The position numbers were made by a program, and so were the translations under genes. Positions 50,201 to 62,300 of a stretch of DNA of 64,000 nucleotides are shown in pieces; position 1 is the first letter of the stretch; each line of letters begins with the position of its first letter. Source of the DNA: Lama guanicoe (lineage: Eukaryota). The notes beneath the pieces were generated by a model, which saw nothing but the letters and a program-made list of their open reading frames with translations, searched no databases and was not told the origin of the DNA. Location of the stretch: the NCBI GenBank assembly GCA_013239625.1, contig MU054541.1, forward strand, positions 16,962,567-17,026,566. The letters are read 5' to 3'.

Positions 50201-51439
50201 AGAGGCATGTCCCCCAGGTCCAGGGAGGAGAGGGCTTGTAGAGAACGCTGAGCGGCCCAGGTGTCGGCCGGGCCGCCGGCCCTGGGTACCCAGCCCCTTC
50301 CCTCCCCGCCAGCGCTCCCCCCTGGCCTCCAGCGAGGTTGCTCTCATTACGTGGCCGTGCACCGGCTCCTGGGCGTGGGGTCCCTGGTTGCATACTTCAG
50401 CGCAGGTTACAGATACTTGGCAGGCTTCCTCTTGCTGTGGGAACCAGACGAGTCCTAACACCTACTGAGCACTGAGCGCCGCGGTGCCAGAGAGTGGTGG
50501 CGGCCTGGTGCCAGGGCACGGAGCCTGCAGCGGCTGGGCCCACGCTCCCTCGGCCGTGGCCCCGGCCAGAGCGGCCTGCGCTGTGAGTCCCGGGCTCCCA
50601 CCCTGCCGCCTGACGGACCGTCCCCCAGCGTGGGCAGCAATCAGGGTTCAGGTGTTCGCAGCAGGAGGCTTTGGTATGTGACGGTGCAAATGCATTAATC
50701 AGTGACCCAAGAAACGCTGTGTGAAACAGCCGTGGTTTCTCCCTCACATGGACCTGAGGTCCCCACTTCCGTGCCCTTGGCCCTGCCCCCCTTCTTTGGC
50801 CAGGTCTCCCTGTCGGACGCAGGTGCCCAGCGCCTGCCCCACTTGGACACCGGGGAGGTTCCTGCAGGAGGGAGGGCGGCCCGTGAGGGAACTGGTCACC
50901 TGGGTTTGGAAGGCTGAGCTCAGGACTCTGACGGGAGGGGACACGGGGGACAGCGTCGCGTGGCCTTCCGATCACTTTTTAAGATCAAACAGCGGTTTCC
51001 TTTGCCGCCTAGCACCGAGCAGACACAGAAGTGCTGTTTGTGTAGGGCTGACCCCTGAGCGGCGCAGGGGCTGAGGGGCTGCACGGCGGGGGCTCCGAGC
51101 GCAGCTTGGGGTCGGCCGGGGCTGCAGGGCCCGGCGCCCGTGCTCCAGTGGGGGAGCCGCCCCGGAGCGCTGGGTGAAAGCGGGGCAGGTGGCACCTGGC
51201 CCTCCCGCATCACTTCTTAAGTCTCACTGCCTCATTATTTTTGTTAGGAAAGCAGTAAACAAGGGGCGGTTCTGTGTCAGAAGCACTTGGAGGGAAGACA
51301 GCACTTGATGCTGAGGTCAGGTCAGCGCGGCTTCGGTGACAGGCAGCATCAGCGCGGCTGGGGCAGGTGCTAATCCTGAGTGACAGCTGCTCGGGGCCAG
51401 GTCCCGAGCGTGGCTTCCCCCAACCCGGCTCCACTGAGG

Positions 51440-51965
51440 TGCGCCCTGTTTGCAGTGAGAATCGCTCACTGTCAGCGTCCAGGCGAGGGAGCTTTGGCAA
51501 CGCGTACAACTGTGTGACCATCACCCGCAGAGTCCCCTCCCGCCCTTCTGCACACGGCCACTCCCCTACGATTGGTCGGACTCACTTTGTCACTTCTGAG
51601 TGTCACAGGCAGGGAGTTGTCCACGCGGAGTCTGGGCTTTGGCAAGTTTCACGGGATGGCGTCTGTGTGTCCACGGCGCTCCCGTGGGTCCATCAGGGCT
51701 GTGCCCAGTCGTGCGGTGCCTTCAGCAGCTGAGGGGCCCTGGGTGGTGTTCTTCCGGGGAGATAAGAGTGTCACTGCCTCGAAACTCACACACGAGGCTT
51801 GTGGGGACACGTTATTTTTATGGGGTAAATTCTCGAGGAGTGGCGCTGGCGCAGGCGGGAGGTGTATTTTAGGCCACGGATGAACTGATCTCAGAGTTGC
51901 TCTGCTGTCTTGCCTCCGGCAGCAGCGTCTGAGCCCTGGCTGCTCCACGTTGCTTCTCGAGGACA
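51440..51965 (-). mobile_element. Old L1 3' end (L1MC/MD/ME-like), heavily GC-shifted
   Basis: gagctttggcaacgcgtacaactgtgtgaccatcac..tggggtaaattctcgaggagtgg..cctccggcagcagcgtctgag..ctgctccac are antisense L1 landmarks. Confidence 0.65.
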
Positions 51966-53709
51966 CTGTACACGCGGTGCTGCTGTCACTGTGAGGACAC
52001 CGAGGCCTGAAGAAGGCACGGGACCCGCAGGGGCCCACAGCTGAGAGGGGCAGGTTCCGTTTATGCTAAAGCACGCCTATCGATGCCAAAAGCCCACTCT
52101 TTCTCTGTTCTAGAATGTTCTCAAAGGTAGCAGGACTTCCGTTGATAACCTCGGGATTTAGGGCCGGTGAAATGTGACGAGTCACACTACAACCTCACCT
52201 CGGTTGTAAATACAGGGTTGGGCGTGTGCAGAGCAACCTTGGGTTAAATTGGAACAAATTTAGGGAGGACGCAGTGGGATGAGAACAGCCCTTGGTCTAA
52301 GGTTTTCGTTCCCCAACACCAGCCTGTGTCACCTTCACCTGCCCCCTGCCCCTCCCTGGAAACCGGGGTTACACCAGCACATCCTGTTTGCTGAAGGCAG
52401 GAGCAAAGCCAGCCCTGGAGCCAGGGTACCCGGCCTCTGACATTAGCCTCTTGACCAGTTTCTTGAGGTCAGATAATTTGTCCTTTGTGACAGGGCTGAA
52501 ACGGACCTCCTAAGACCTTTAAAACTAGAGCCATCAGTGGGACAAAATGTGTATTACAGGAACCGACCATCAACTGACAGGAAACTGATGAAACTAGCAC
52601 GGCGTGGTCGTCCTCCACGGGGCCCGTCCACAGGCCTCAGACTGGGCACCTCCAGGACCAACGGGACCAACAGAGATTCTTCCTTTAATGAATTTAAGTA
52701 TCAGAAGATGTTGCAGAAAAATCCAGATTCTTCACCTGAGGAATTGGAAGACTTTCAGCCGTGGGGGCACATCCCTGGCTGACGGCGCCTGCCTGCTTGC
52801 CAGCGCCTGGGTGTGGCCTGGTCCACACAGTCGGCGAGGGTTCCAGAGCGGCCAGTGGGGAACCGGGATCCCTCTAACTGGAAGGTCTTCGTCCAGAGAG
52901 GCCACACTCTGGCACAACTGGCCCCGACTTGGGGGCCCTGTCCAGGCTCTGACAGCAGCTGCTGTTCCCCTGTCTGAGTGTGGCATTACAGGGTGCTGTA
53001 GGGTTCTCCTGGGCATGGACCCCTTTCTCTTCGTATTTGTCTTGGGATAAATTACAGGATAAAACAGACGGGTCCCGTCAGATTTCCCACAGCTGCGTGT
53101 GCATCGGTATTTAGAAAGCACCGACGTTTTGGAAGAGGGAGCATGCCAAAGCCTAGAGCGAGGCGGTGCTGGGGGCCGGCGCTGGCACCTGCAGGGCTCA
53201 GGGTGGGGCCAGGTCTTCTGGGTCTAAACCCCACAGTCCTCCCACTAAAGTCAGAGGAGAGCTTTCCAGGTGAATATACACCAGGTGGGTTTTCGAGACT
53301 CAGATTCACAGCATTCTTCATTCACCTTCCAGCGTGAAGCCCGAATGGCTGGGGGGCGTGGCGGGGCCCCCGCCGGCCGGGCCTCCAGCCCCCACCCCGC
53401 AGAGCCACACCCGTGGTCCTGGGCGGGGACCACGGAGCTCCGGCGGTTCCCTGCAGCCTCAGACCTGGGCTTTTCAGCTGTGCCTCGTTGGAGCCCTGCG
53501 TGCTCGAACACAGCCTCCCCGAGTGACGAAGAAGGGACTCTTTCCTCAATGGGACAGACGCTGTGATGTCCTGCGTGTCAGTCAAGCCGGAGCCTTGTCA
53601 CGTTGGACGAGCGCCGGCATGTCCAGGTGGCAGGGCACCGCCTCAGGGCAGGTGTGCAGGCACATTCCTTCCTGCGCGGATGCACACGCTGTGCCCGCCC
53701 CCTCTCTGG

Positions 53710-53760
53710 GTGCACGTGTGCACGTGTATGTGTGTGTGCGTGCACGTGTGTGTGCGTGTG
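53710..53760. repeat. 51-nt perfectly alternating purine-pyrimidine tract (GT/GC/AC)
   Basis: gtgcacgtgtgcacgtgtatgtgtgtgtgcgtgcacgtgtgtgtgcgtgtg. Confidence 0.9.
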
Positions 53761-54786
53761 GTCCTTTCCTCTTCCCTCTCTCCTGAGGAGGCAGCAGGAG
53801 GCGTGGACTGTCGGAGGCAACAGGCCCAGTGTTGAATGATCTCTCGCTCAGTCCTGTGACTTTGCTTCAGGAAACGTCACCCGGGGGATTTGTCACGAGA
53901 AGCAGCCTCTTAGGTCACTTGTGTCGTGTGGGGGTGACAAGCAGTCTCAGGCACCCAGCTGGCTGGGCTTCCCTGCAGACGTGGTCCTGCAGTTTGGGGA
54001 TGGGGAGCTCTCTGAGCACAGGCAGTTAGGGGAGCCCGGGCTGTGATTCTGACAGCTCAGACACTGCCCCTCGGTCCGCTTTCCCTTCCGTGTGACGACC
54101 TCCGAGGTCCTTTCCACCTGACAGTCCGTGTTGTGGCTCAGCACCTGAGGGAGGGAGGCCCGAAGGCAGGCGCCACTGCCGGTGTCAGAAACGGAGCCAC
54201 GTCAAGATCAGAGGCAAAATCTGAGCGAGCTGTAGGCGGGGCAGGGTTCGGAAGACAGAGGTTTGAGAGGAGACCTAGCTGTCGCAGGCAAGGGGATCCT
54301 GAGATCCTATTTCTGTCCTGGAGTGGCTCAGGCCCCTGTCCGTCACTGTCGCTCACCTCCTACCCTCCTGTCCACCCGCCCGCTACCCAGGGCACGTCTT
54401 GTCACCTTGGAGGAATCGGGAAGGGCTCAGCTGTGTTAGCTGCAGGGAGATTCCGCTCTGTGAGCAAAGGTCACCTCTGAGGCTCGGTGACGCTGACTGG
54501 TCTGTGCAACAGCCGGATGTAAAACACGAAAGCGTCCCTTAGGCAGGAGAGTCTCCTCTCTGGGAGCGTCTGAAAACGTAGCCTACACAGTAAGCAGTTT
54601 CAGTTCACAGCAGCTCACCTGGCCCCGTGTGTGCAGCTACAGACTAGTAGACGGGAGTGATCAACCTGGCAGGAATTCGTGCACCATCCCTGCATCCATC
54701 ACATGCAACATCCAAGAACAATATATTCCATTGTCAATCTTTTATTTTGTTTTCTTTCCTTTTATTCCCCCCCCACTTGTCTCCAG

Positions 54787-54808
54787 GAGACCAATTAATT
54801 GTTCAAAG
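54787..54808 (+). other. Candidate cryptic micro-exon (22 nt) or start of an alternative last exon
   Basis: Long pyrimidine tract plus CAG (54784-54786), donor AAG|GTAATA at 54809; reads GAG ACC AAT TAA in the GMDS frame. Confidence 0.3.
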
Positions 54809-56699
54809 GTAATATATAGAGGAGATTTCAAGAGCATTTACCTTGGCACCGTCTCTGCCCCTTTGCGGTCTGGCTAACAATAAAGCTAAAGTTTGTTTTG
54901 TAGTGATGGTTCCAGTTGGACTGGAATCTCTTTGAAGTCCCTGCAGTTTGCTGTTGTGAGAGCTCAAGATATTATTTGACTGCAATAAAACGCTCTCTGT
55001 GCGTTATCAGACTGTGCTGCGCACTGCACTGCAGCAACTTGCAGGGCCAGACTCGCCCTCGGAGGTGCTCAGCACGAGCAGAGCGCCCGGCCCACACAGC
55101 GAGCCTTTCTCACACCCGCGGCGTCCGGTCCTTGCCCCGTGGGCCCCTCTTGGGCCCTGAACTCCCCGCAGGGCCGAGGCTGGCGATGTGGGGAGCAAGG
55201 AGCAGGTGTGAACAGGCCAGCACTGGTCGGTGGGGGGGCTGGAGCCCGGCCTGAGACCGCAGGAGCCCCGACCCAGGCGTTGTCAGGTTCAGCCTCTGGG
55301 CTCTTGCGTCAGTTGACCTAAATTATTTAATGCTGTTGTCACCTCGGAGTAAATATAGTCATTGTCCTGCACTCTATTTATACTTTAAAGCTGTCTCCCG
55401 CCCACCCGATGGCCGGGAGCGGTCTGCGTGCTTCCGTGGAAGTGGGTGTCCTGGGCTCCCTGTGCAGCTTTGGGCCCAGCACAGAGGGGGCTTCAGGCGG
55501 GCTCTGCTCCTTCGAGGTGCGTGTCTGGAGCGTCAGGGCCGAGGCGCTGTGCCCTGGACGCAGGAGCCCCGTTGCAGTGGCATCCTCCTGTTTGCACAGT
55601 ATGTACGTGTGTGTGCACGCACACCTTGGGGGCTGTGCACGTCTTTTGAAGAGCAGTTTTGTCTAGGGTTTTGGTAAACAGCTCTCACTCAGACAGTGTG
55701 CTCCTTGGCTACGGGAGCCATGCTCCAGGTGTCAGAAAGCGCTGTGGTGGGCGCTCATTTTAAACAAATAATGAAGCCCTTGTAGTGTTTAGTGACACAG
55801 CTGACTGGGCTGTGTTCCACTGCTTGTGTAAATGAAGATGTTTTAAGTGATTTTTTATGATAAGTTTAAATAACCAAAAGAAATGCCTGAAAATATATTT
55901 TGGCACAGGGAAATCCCTTCTTACAGGAGTTTATAAATACGTCATGTGGAAAAGTAATTATGGTCTACTTTAATCTTCTCACCTCTGAGTCGTAAGTTAA
56001 GACGTTCTACCTGTCTAGTTTCTACCCCCCCCCCACCTTGTATGTTACCTTTCCATATCGGCTCTGAGCTGCGTTTAGTTGGGGAGGAAAACAGATTAAA
56101 AGTCCACTGGACTCGCGGCTTCCACTGCGACGCATCACAGTGGGGACGTTCACGCCCCGTCATCACAAGAAGAGAGCTCAGCAAGCTGACAGCCACCTGC
56201 TCCTCCGAGGTCTGCCAGAGGGTTGCGGTCACAGGGCAAACGCTGCCCCCACACTAGAGAGAGCGGTGAATGCAAAGCTTGCTGGGAGCAGACGCTTGCC
56301 TGGGCCAGTGGCACACGCGCGGGGATGCTGGCTGGTGGCTGGAAGCTGAGCATGGGCTGTTGAGAGTCCAGAACTCGTAGGGCCCAGCACTTCCATAGCT
56401 TCGCCCGCAGGAGCCCTGCTGGTTCTCGGGGTGGAGGCAGAGGAAGGTCACCCCATGCTGGTGAGATCCGTCAAGAGCTCCCTGCTCCCTCCCTTCCAGG
56501 GAAGCCGTTCTCCCAGCGCGCCGCTGCCTCGGGGGAAGCAGACACCCGGCTCGAGCCCTCCCCTCTCGCTTCAGAGGGAGAGGGGACCTGGGGCACTTGT
56601 GCAGGTCACAGCCAGGGACAAGGGCCCAGGCGCAGACAGAGAAGTAGGCATAGGAACACGGAGTGTTTCTCCCCGCCCCCCTTTACACCACATCAGCGG

Positions 56700-59390
56700 A
56701 CTCCCACGGGGCAGCAGGGGCTTACAGCGGAAAACCCCATGAGGCTCAGACCCTGTTTAAGGAGGAGTCTCTAGGGAAACCCAGAGACAAACAGGGAGAC
56801 AAACACAAGGACACCGGGGGAAATTCTAGCCTCTGACACCCACAGCTACACTGACAGCAAACACAGCCTGACTCCTGGCCAGATAAACACAAGAGCTCAC
56901 ACTTAGCTCCTCTTCTCCAAGATGTCACGTCCAGCCTTTAACTACAAGACATGCTAGAAAGCAAACCACAGAGTTTGAGGAGACAAAGCAGGCACCAGAA
57001 CCAGCCTCAGACAGAGAAGAGATCTGGGGACTCAGAGTTTCAGTTAAAACAGCTATGATCAGCGGGCTGAGGGCGCTAAGGGGAGAAGTGGACACCACGC
57101 AGGAGCCGGTGGGCAGTGAAAGCAGGCAGATGGAGACGCTAAGAAAGAATCAAAAGGAAATGCTAGAAACCAGAAACTCTGACAGGAATGAAGGACGCCT
57201 TTGGTGGGCCCAGCAGCGCACTGGGCCGGGCTGAGGACAGAATCCATGGGCTTGAAGAGACGTCGGTAGAGACCTCCGAAACTGAAGAACAAAGAGGGAA
57301 AAATATGAAAAATCTGGAACAGGACCAAAGAGTCGTGGAAAGTTATGGCAGGTGCAACATACACATAATGGGAGCAGCAGAGCGAGAAGGAAGACAGAGC
57401 AGAAGCAATATTAGGAGTAAAAATGGCTGAGATGTTTCCAAAATTAATGACAGATGCCAAACCACAGCATGAGGAAGCTCTGAGACCTCCAAACAGGACG
57501 AATGCCAGCAGGTTTATAGCTGAGTGTGTCCTGTTCAAAGTGCAGAGAACCAAAGACAAAGGGGACAATCTGGAAAGAAGCCAGAGGAAGAGACACCGTC
57601 CTTGTGATGGGACGGGCTAAGCATTAGGTTGGACTCCTCGGTGGAAACCATGCGCACAGTAGGAGTGGAGTGAAATATTTAAAGTGTTGAAAGGGAACAC
57701 CACCAACCTAGAATTCTGTATGTAGTGAAATCATCCTTCAAAAGTGAAGAAGTAAAGACTTTCTCAAACAAATAGAAATTAAGGGGATTTCTCATCAGTA
57801 GACTTGCCTTAAAATGGCATTAACAGGTTTTTCATAAAGAAGGTAAGTAACATAAGACACGTTGGCGGACGTTGACAGACTGATCGTAACATTTATGTGG
57901 AAGGCAGAGCACCCAGGACAGCCAGGGCAACACTGACGAGGAACAGAGTCGGCGAGCTGTCCCTGCTTCCGGGCCACTGTCACTGTCAGGCGTCCGTGGT
58001 CAAGACGGTGCAGTGCTGGCGAAAGAGAAGACAGATCGATCCCTGGACAGAACCGGCAGCCGAGGAGCAGACCCAGGCCCGCGGTCAGCGAGGCTCTGAC
58101 ACGGGAGCACAGGTGTGTCACTGAGAGAGGAGAGTCTTTTCCACAAGCAGCACTGGAATAACTAGAAACCTACGTGCAAAAAAAGGAGAAGAATCTAGAC
58201 CCAGACCTTACATCCAGCACGGGAATCAAGTCCGAATGGATCACGGACCTAAATGTAAAATGCAAAACTGAAAAACTTCTAGAACGTGGTACAGGAGAAC
58301 GTCTAGAGGGTCCAGGGACCTTGAAGGTTTTAGTTACAACACCAAAGATGACCTCGGAGTTTTCACGTAAAACACCAAAAACACAGTCCACGAAAGGAGA
58401 AGTTCATTAAGTGAGACGTTGTGAAAATTAAAAACTTTCGCTTTGTGAAAGACACTGTTAAGAAAAAAAAATCACAGAGCTGGAAAGAAATCTTTGTAAA
58501 ACCCACATTTGGTAAAAGGTTGGTATCCAAAATCTATGAAGAACTCTTAAAATTCAACAATAAGAATACGAACAATCCAACTTGAAAATGGGCGAAAGGT
58601 CTAAACAGACACCTCACCAAAAAGGACACAGACGGCAAGGAGACACGAGAAAGGAGGCTCCGCGTCGTATGTCATCAGGGAGACGAGTTAAAACCACAGT
58701 GAGGCAGCGCCGTGCGCCCGCCAGGCGACTGAGTGCGGAACGCCAGGCGCTGGCAGGGGCGTGGAGCGGCAGGAACCCCACGCTGCGCTGGGGGGAGAGC
58801 GCACTGGTGCGGCCGCTGTGGCGGAGTGTTTGGAGTTTCTTAAAAAGTTAACGTGATTTTCGCATCGGATCCGGCCATCACGCTGTTGGTATTTACCCAG
58901 CGGAGCGGAAAACTTGTGTCCACGTAAAAGCTGCGTATGACTGTTTATAGCAAATGTGCTCGTAATCACCAGAACGGGAAGCAAGTAGGACGTCCTCCAG
59001 CAGGTGAATGGACAAAGCGTGGTCCGTGCAGACAGCGGAGCGTTACTCGGTGCGAGGAAGAAACCGGCCATCGAGACGCACGGCACCGTTACGGAGGCAC
59101 CAGAAGCGCATTTCACCAAGCGGAAGACGCCGAGCTGAGGAGGAAGCCGCGCACTGCGCGATGGCGCCCCGACATCCGGGAGAAGGACACGGGGCAGACC
59201 CCGTGTCCACTGTGGGCAGCAGCTTTAGTTGACGCATCAGGGCTGGCTCATCGGTTGTAACAACGACACCGCCCTGCTTCGAGGCAGTGATGATGGGGGA
59301 GTTGTGCTGGGGGTGGGGAGCAAGGGGCTGGTGGGAACTCCAGGACTCTCCGTGTAATTTTTTTGTAAAGCTGGAAGGAAAAAAGGCCCT
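56700..59390 (+). mobile_element. Internally deleted L1 (L1MC-like 3' end): 5'UTR, ORF1, distal ORF2, 3'UTR
   Basis: ORF1p-like MKDAFGGPSSALGRAEDRIHGLEETSVETSETEEQR (57188) and MAEMFPKLMTDAKPQHEEALRPPNR (57423); ORF2p-like NLDPDLTSSTGIKSEWITDLNVKCKTEKLLE (58174); tail gggaactccaggactctccgtgtaattttttgtaaa. Confidence 0.9.
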
Positions 59391-62300
59391 TTGACAAACT
59401 AGCTGAAGAGAGGTCAAAGGGAGAAACTTGGAGCCTTGTCGCGCCAAGGAAGCGGGGGGCCCAGGGAAGGGCCCAGTGGCGCCCTGAGCACCCGCCCTGC
59501 GGGTCAGGGGCCGAGCAGGCCTCAGTGTGCGGAGGGCGGCGGCCTGGACAGCCTGGGATGGGGGCAGCGGCGTGGGTGTTTGCGCTGGTGGTGCTGGCCT
59601 GGATCTGGAGGGGCTCCCCGAAGCCCCAGACCTCTTGTTTTCGCCAAGCTCCAGCCGCGGTGGGCCCGCTCCGCCCTCTGCCCGTCCACGCTGTGTTAAA
59701 GGCGTGGAGCTGGTGTCGGAGCTGAGACTTTGCCTGTTTCTAATCGGCGCACATTTAGGAGTAAATGCCTCGTACATCACAGCAGTGGTGCCTTCATCCC
59801 ATGTTCCTGCGCACCCTCCTGGGAGCTGCGTTTCCGTCCATTTGTGACTGTAAGCCTGACACCAGGGGTCACCTTCCGAGGAGCACAGGGTGTTGCTGGT
59901 GACCTTGGCCTGATCCCAGCGGCCAGCTCTCACCTCCTGGCCACCCTGGTGCGTCACAGGAGAGCAGTCTGTGTCCTCTGGACAAGGCGTCGCTGGGGGG
60001 AGGGGTTCCTGACACACGTGCACCCGCACGACCGTGTTTGCAACCTCAGGAAGGAGGGTGGGAACTGACGGCCACCAACGCTGGCGCCTCCGGAAGCCCT
60101 GGGTTGCGGGAGAGGGTCAGTTCAGGGCGCTGCTGACAGCCCACAGTGTCTGTTTGCCGGTTCTGTGGTTTGCAGGATGGAGCCATCAGATCTTTGCCCC
60201 AAATCTGTGCACTCAGGCCTCCTGGGGGCCCCAAGGTTGCTGGGAGGTGAGCAGCATGGAAATGAGCTTCACTGTCTAGAATTTCGAAAAACCCTGCAGC
60301 TGTGTGGTGACAGCAAACTGAGCAGAAGTCAGCCGCCCGCCCACCCGGAGGAGGCGAGGCGTGGCTCGGGGAGCCGGGAGCTTTCAGGCTTCAGAAGGAA
60401 GATGCGTTTTGTTGAGAAGTGCTAGGTGCTCACCCCGGGCCGCGGTTGACCTGCGGATGACTTCAGCTTTTGGAAACATGGAATGCAGAGTGAAAACTGA
60501 AAATGCAGCTAAAGACAGACGGCGTTGGGAGATGATTATCTCTCAGTACGGCTGTGCCGTTGTTACCTTCGGAAGGTTATGTTTGGAGAATGGAGGTCCA
60601 CTGGCTTCGTTTTAAATGTCCTTTTAATTACAAAGCCAACTTAGAAAAGATTCTAGTTTTTTCGTATTCATGCACTTTTTTCCTGTCTTGTCCCAGTGTG
60701 GAGAAAGGAATTCTATTTAAATGTCTGACCTGCTCATTGATTAAGGAACCCCAGGCATCAGTTAGTTCTGACAAGCCCCGCGTTCCCGCGTGTGTTGCGT
60801 AGAGTGGGGAAGGTTCATCTAATCACCCGTCTCCGCAAGCTTCGTCTTCTCGTTCACGAGGAAAGGGGCACAGAAACACTTCATATTGAAATAGCTTTTT
60901 CAAATCGAACCAAGAATCTTGCTCCTGGAAACTGCACAGCGCCTGCTTCTGGAAGTCATTTTTCCCTCTAAACAAACACTGAAGCCCAAAGATGGGAAGA
61001 GCCTAGAGCCTAAACTGTGCCCCTCGGCCGGCCTCAGTGCCTTTCACCCCACGAAGTACGCGTCTTCAGTCTCCTCCTCTGAAGAAAGGAAGAAGACTGT
61101 GATTCTCGTAATCAGGCGGCCGGGATGTGTGGCATTTCCGTAGGCCTCCGTGTTCGGGCGACGGGAGCTCTTGCGTCACAGACTCGGACGCCTGCTCCCC
61201 ACACACCTGTCAGTCTGCCCTGGCTCCAGCGGGCGTGAGGTTCAGGGTGAAGGTCCCTTTGTTAACTCCCCGGCTTCGTTGCGCTGAGATGACACCCTGA
61301 GCTTGTTTGATTTGGCAAAAGCCAGGCGATGAGCAGCACGTATGACAGAAACCTGATTTCCGCGTGGGCAGGGCTCTTGCCTCCACGGAGCGTGTTCTGC
61401 TCTGACATTTGGGCTCCTTTTTCTCCCGATGTCTCTGAAGCCAAGTACATTTTCTGCCTGTTTTTGTAAGTGTAAAACTTGCCATTCAAAGACTCCTAAA
61501 AGTCTCTCTGACAACACGTTTTTCGAAGCAAACTGTTCATAAATCTTTTAATCAGACACCTACTTGCTCACCAGTGGACTATCTTAGCATTTTAACGGAA
61601 GTGACAGCACCCTCCTTCTTTGGAGGCTGAGCCACAGAGACTGAATACTGTTTCTACACAAAGTTGAAAACAGTTAAGCAGATATTTCCAGTGTTGGTTT
61701 CCTCTTGAGATAACCTTACATTGAAACATACTTACTTGCAAGTTACGAATATATTCTCACGTTCGATAGACCATCCAAGTTTGTCCATCTGGAATCTCAG
61801 TGAGTAAGTGGCGGGGTCACGGTCACTGGCTCACTCGTCTGGGGCGCGTGTGCAGGCCGGGCCCCCCCAGACGTCGGCTACGCGCAGACACGGGGAAATC
61901 ACAGGGGCACCCCTCGGGGTCCGAGCGGCCCCAGCCGCCAGCGGGAAAAAAGCCTTACCTGGACAATAAGTGTGTTCAACTGTCTTCAAGTGTCCAAGCT
62001 ACTGAAAAGAGGGACACTTTTTTTTTCATTTTTTCCTGGGATGGCCGCCTTATCTTTAGAGTAAACATTGGGGACAGAAGAAAAAAACTCATAAAAATAT
62101 GGCTTAAAAAAATACAACAGTGTCTCAGGCGCGCTCTCCCACGCACTCCTGTGACGCCATTACACCAAGCTCGTCGTCAGAAAGGACTGTCACCGTCCGT
62201 TTTTCGTCTGTGAAGGGTTCTGATTCTTTCAGCATGTTCCTATGGTTTTATGGAGCCCCAGACCCCCGGCAGGCCCCCTCGCTGTTGTCAGACAAGGCTG

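Noticed and set aside
52537-52782. ORF with natural-looking segment FNEFKYQKMLQKNPDSSPEELEDF
   Set aside because: No recognisable homologue, GTG start and no convincing acceptor; cannot be supported without a tBLASTn/PhyloCSF check.
57838-57850. Perfect donor AAG|GTAAGT as an exon end
   Set aside because: Lies inside the L1 remnant with no credible upstream acceptor or open frame.
56700-59390. Active or domesticated L1
   Set aside because: Only ~2.7 kb long; most of ORF2 including the RT core is missing, with many stops and frameshifts.
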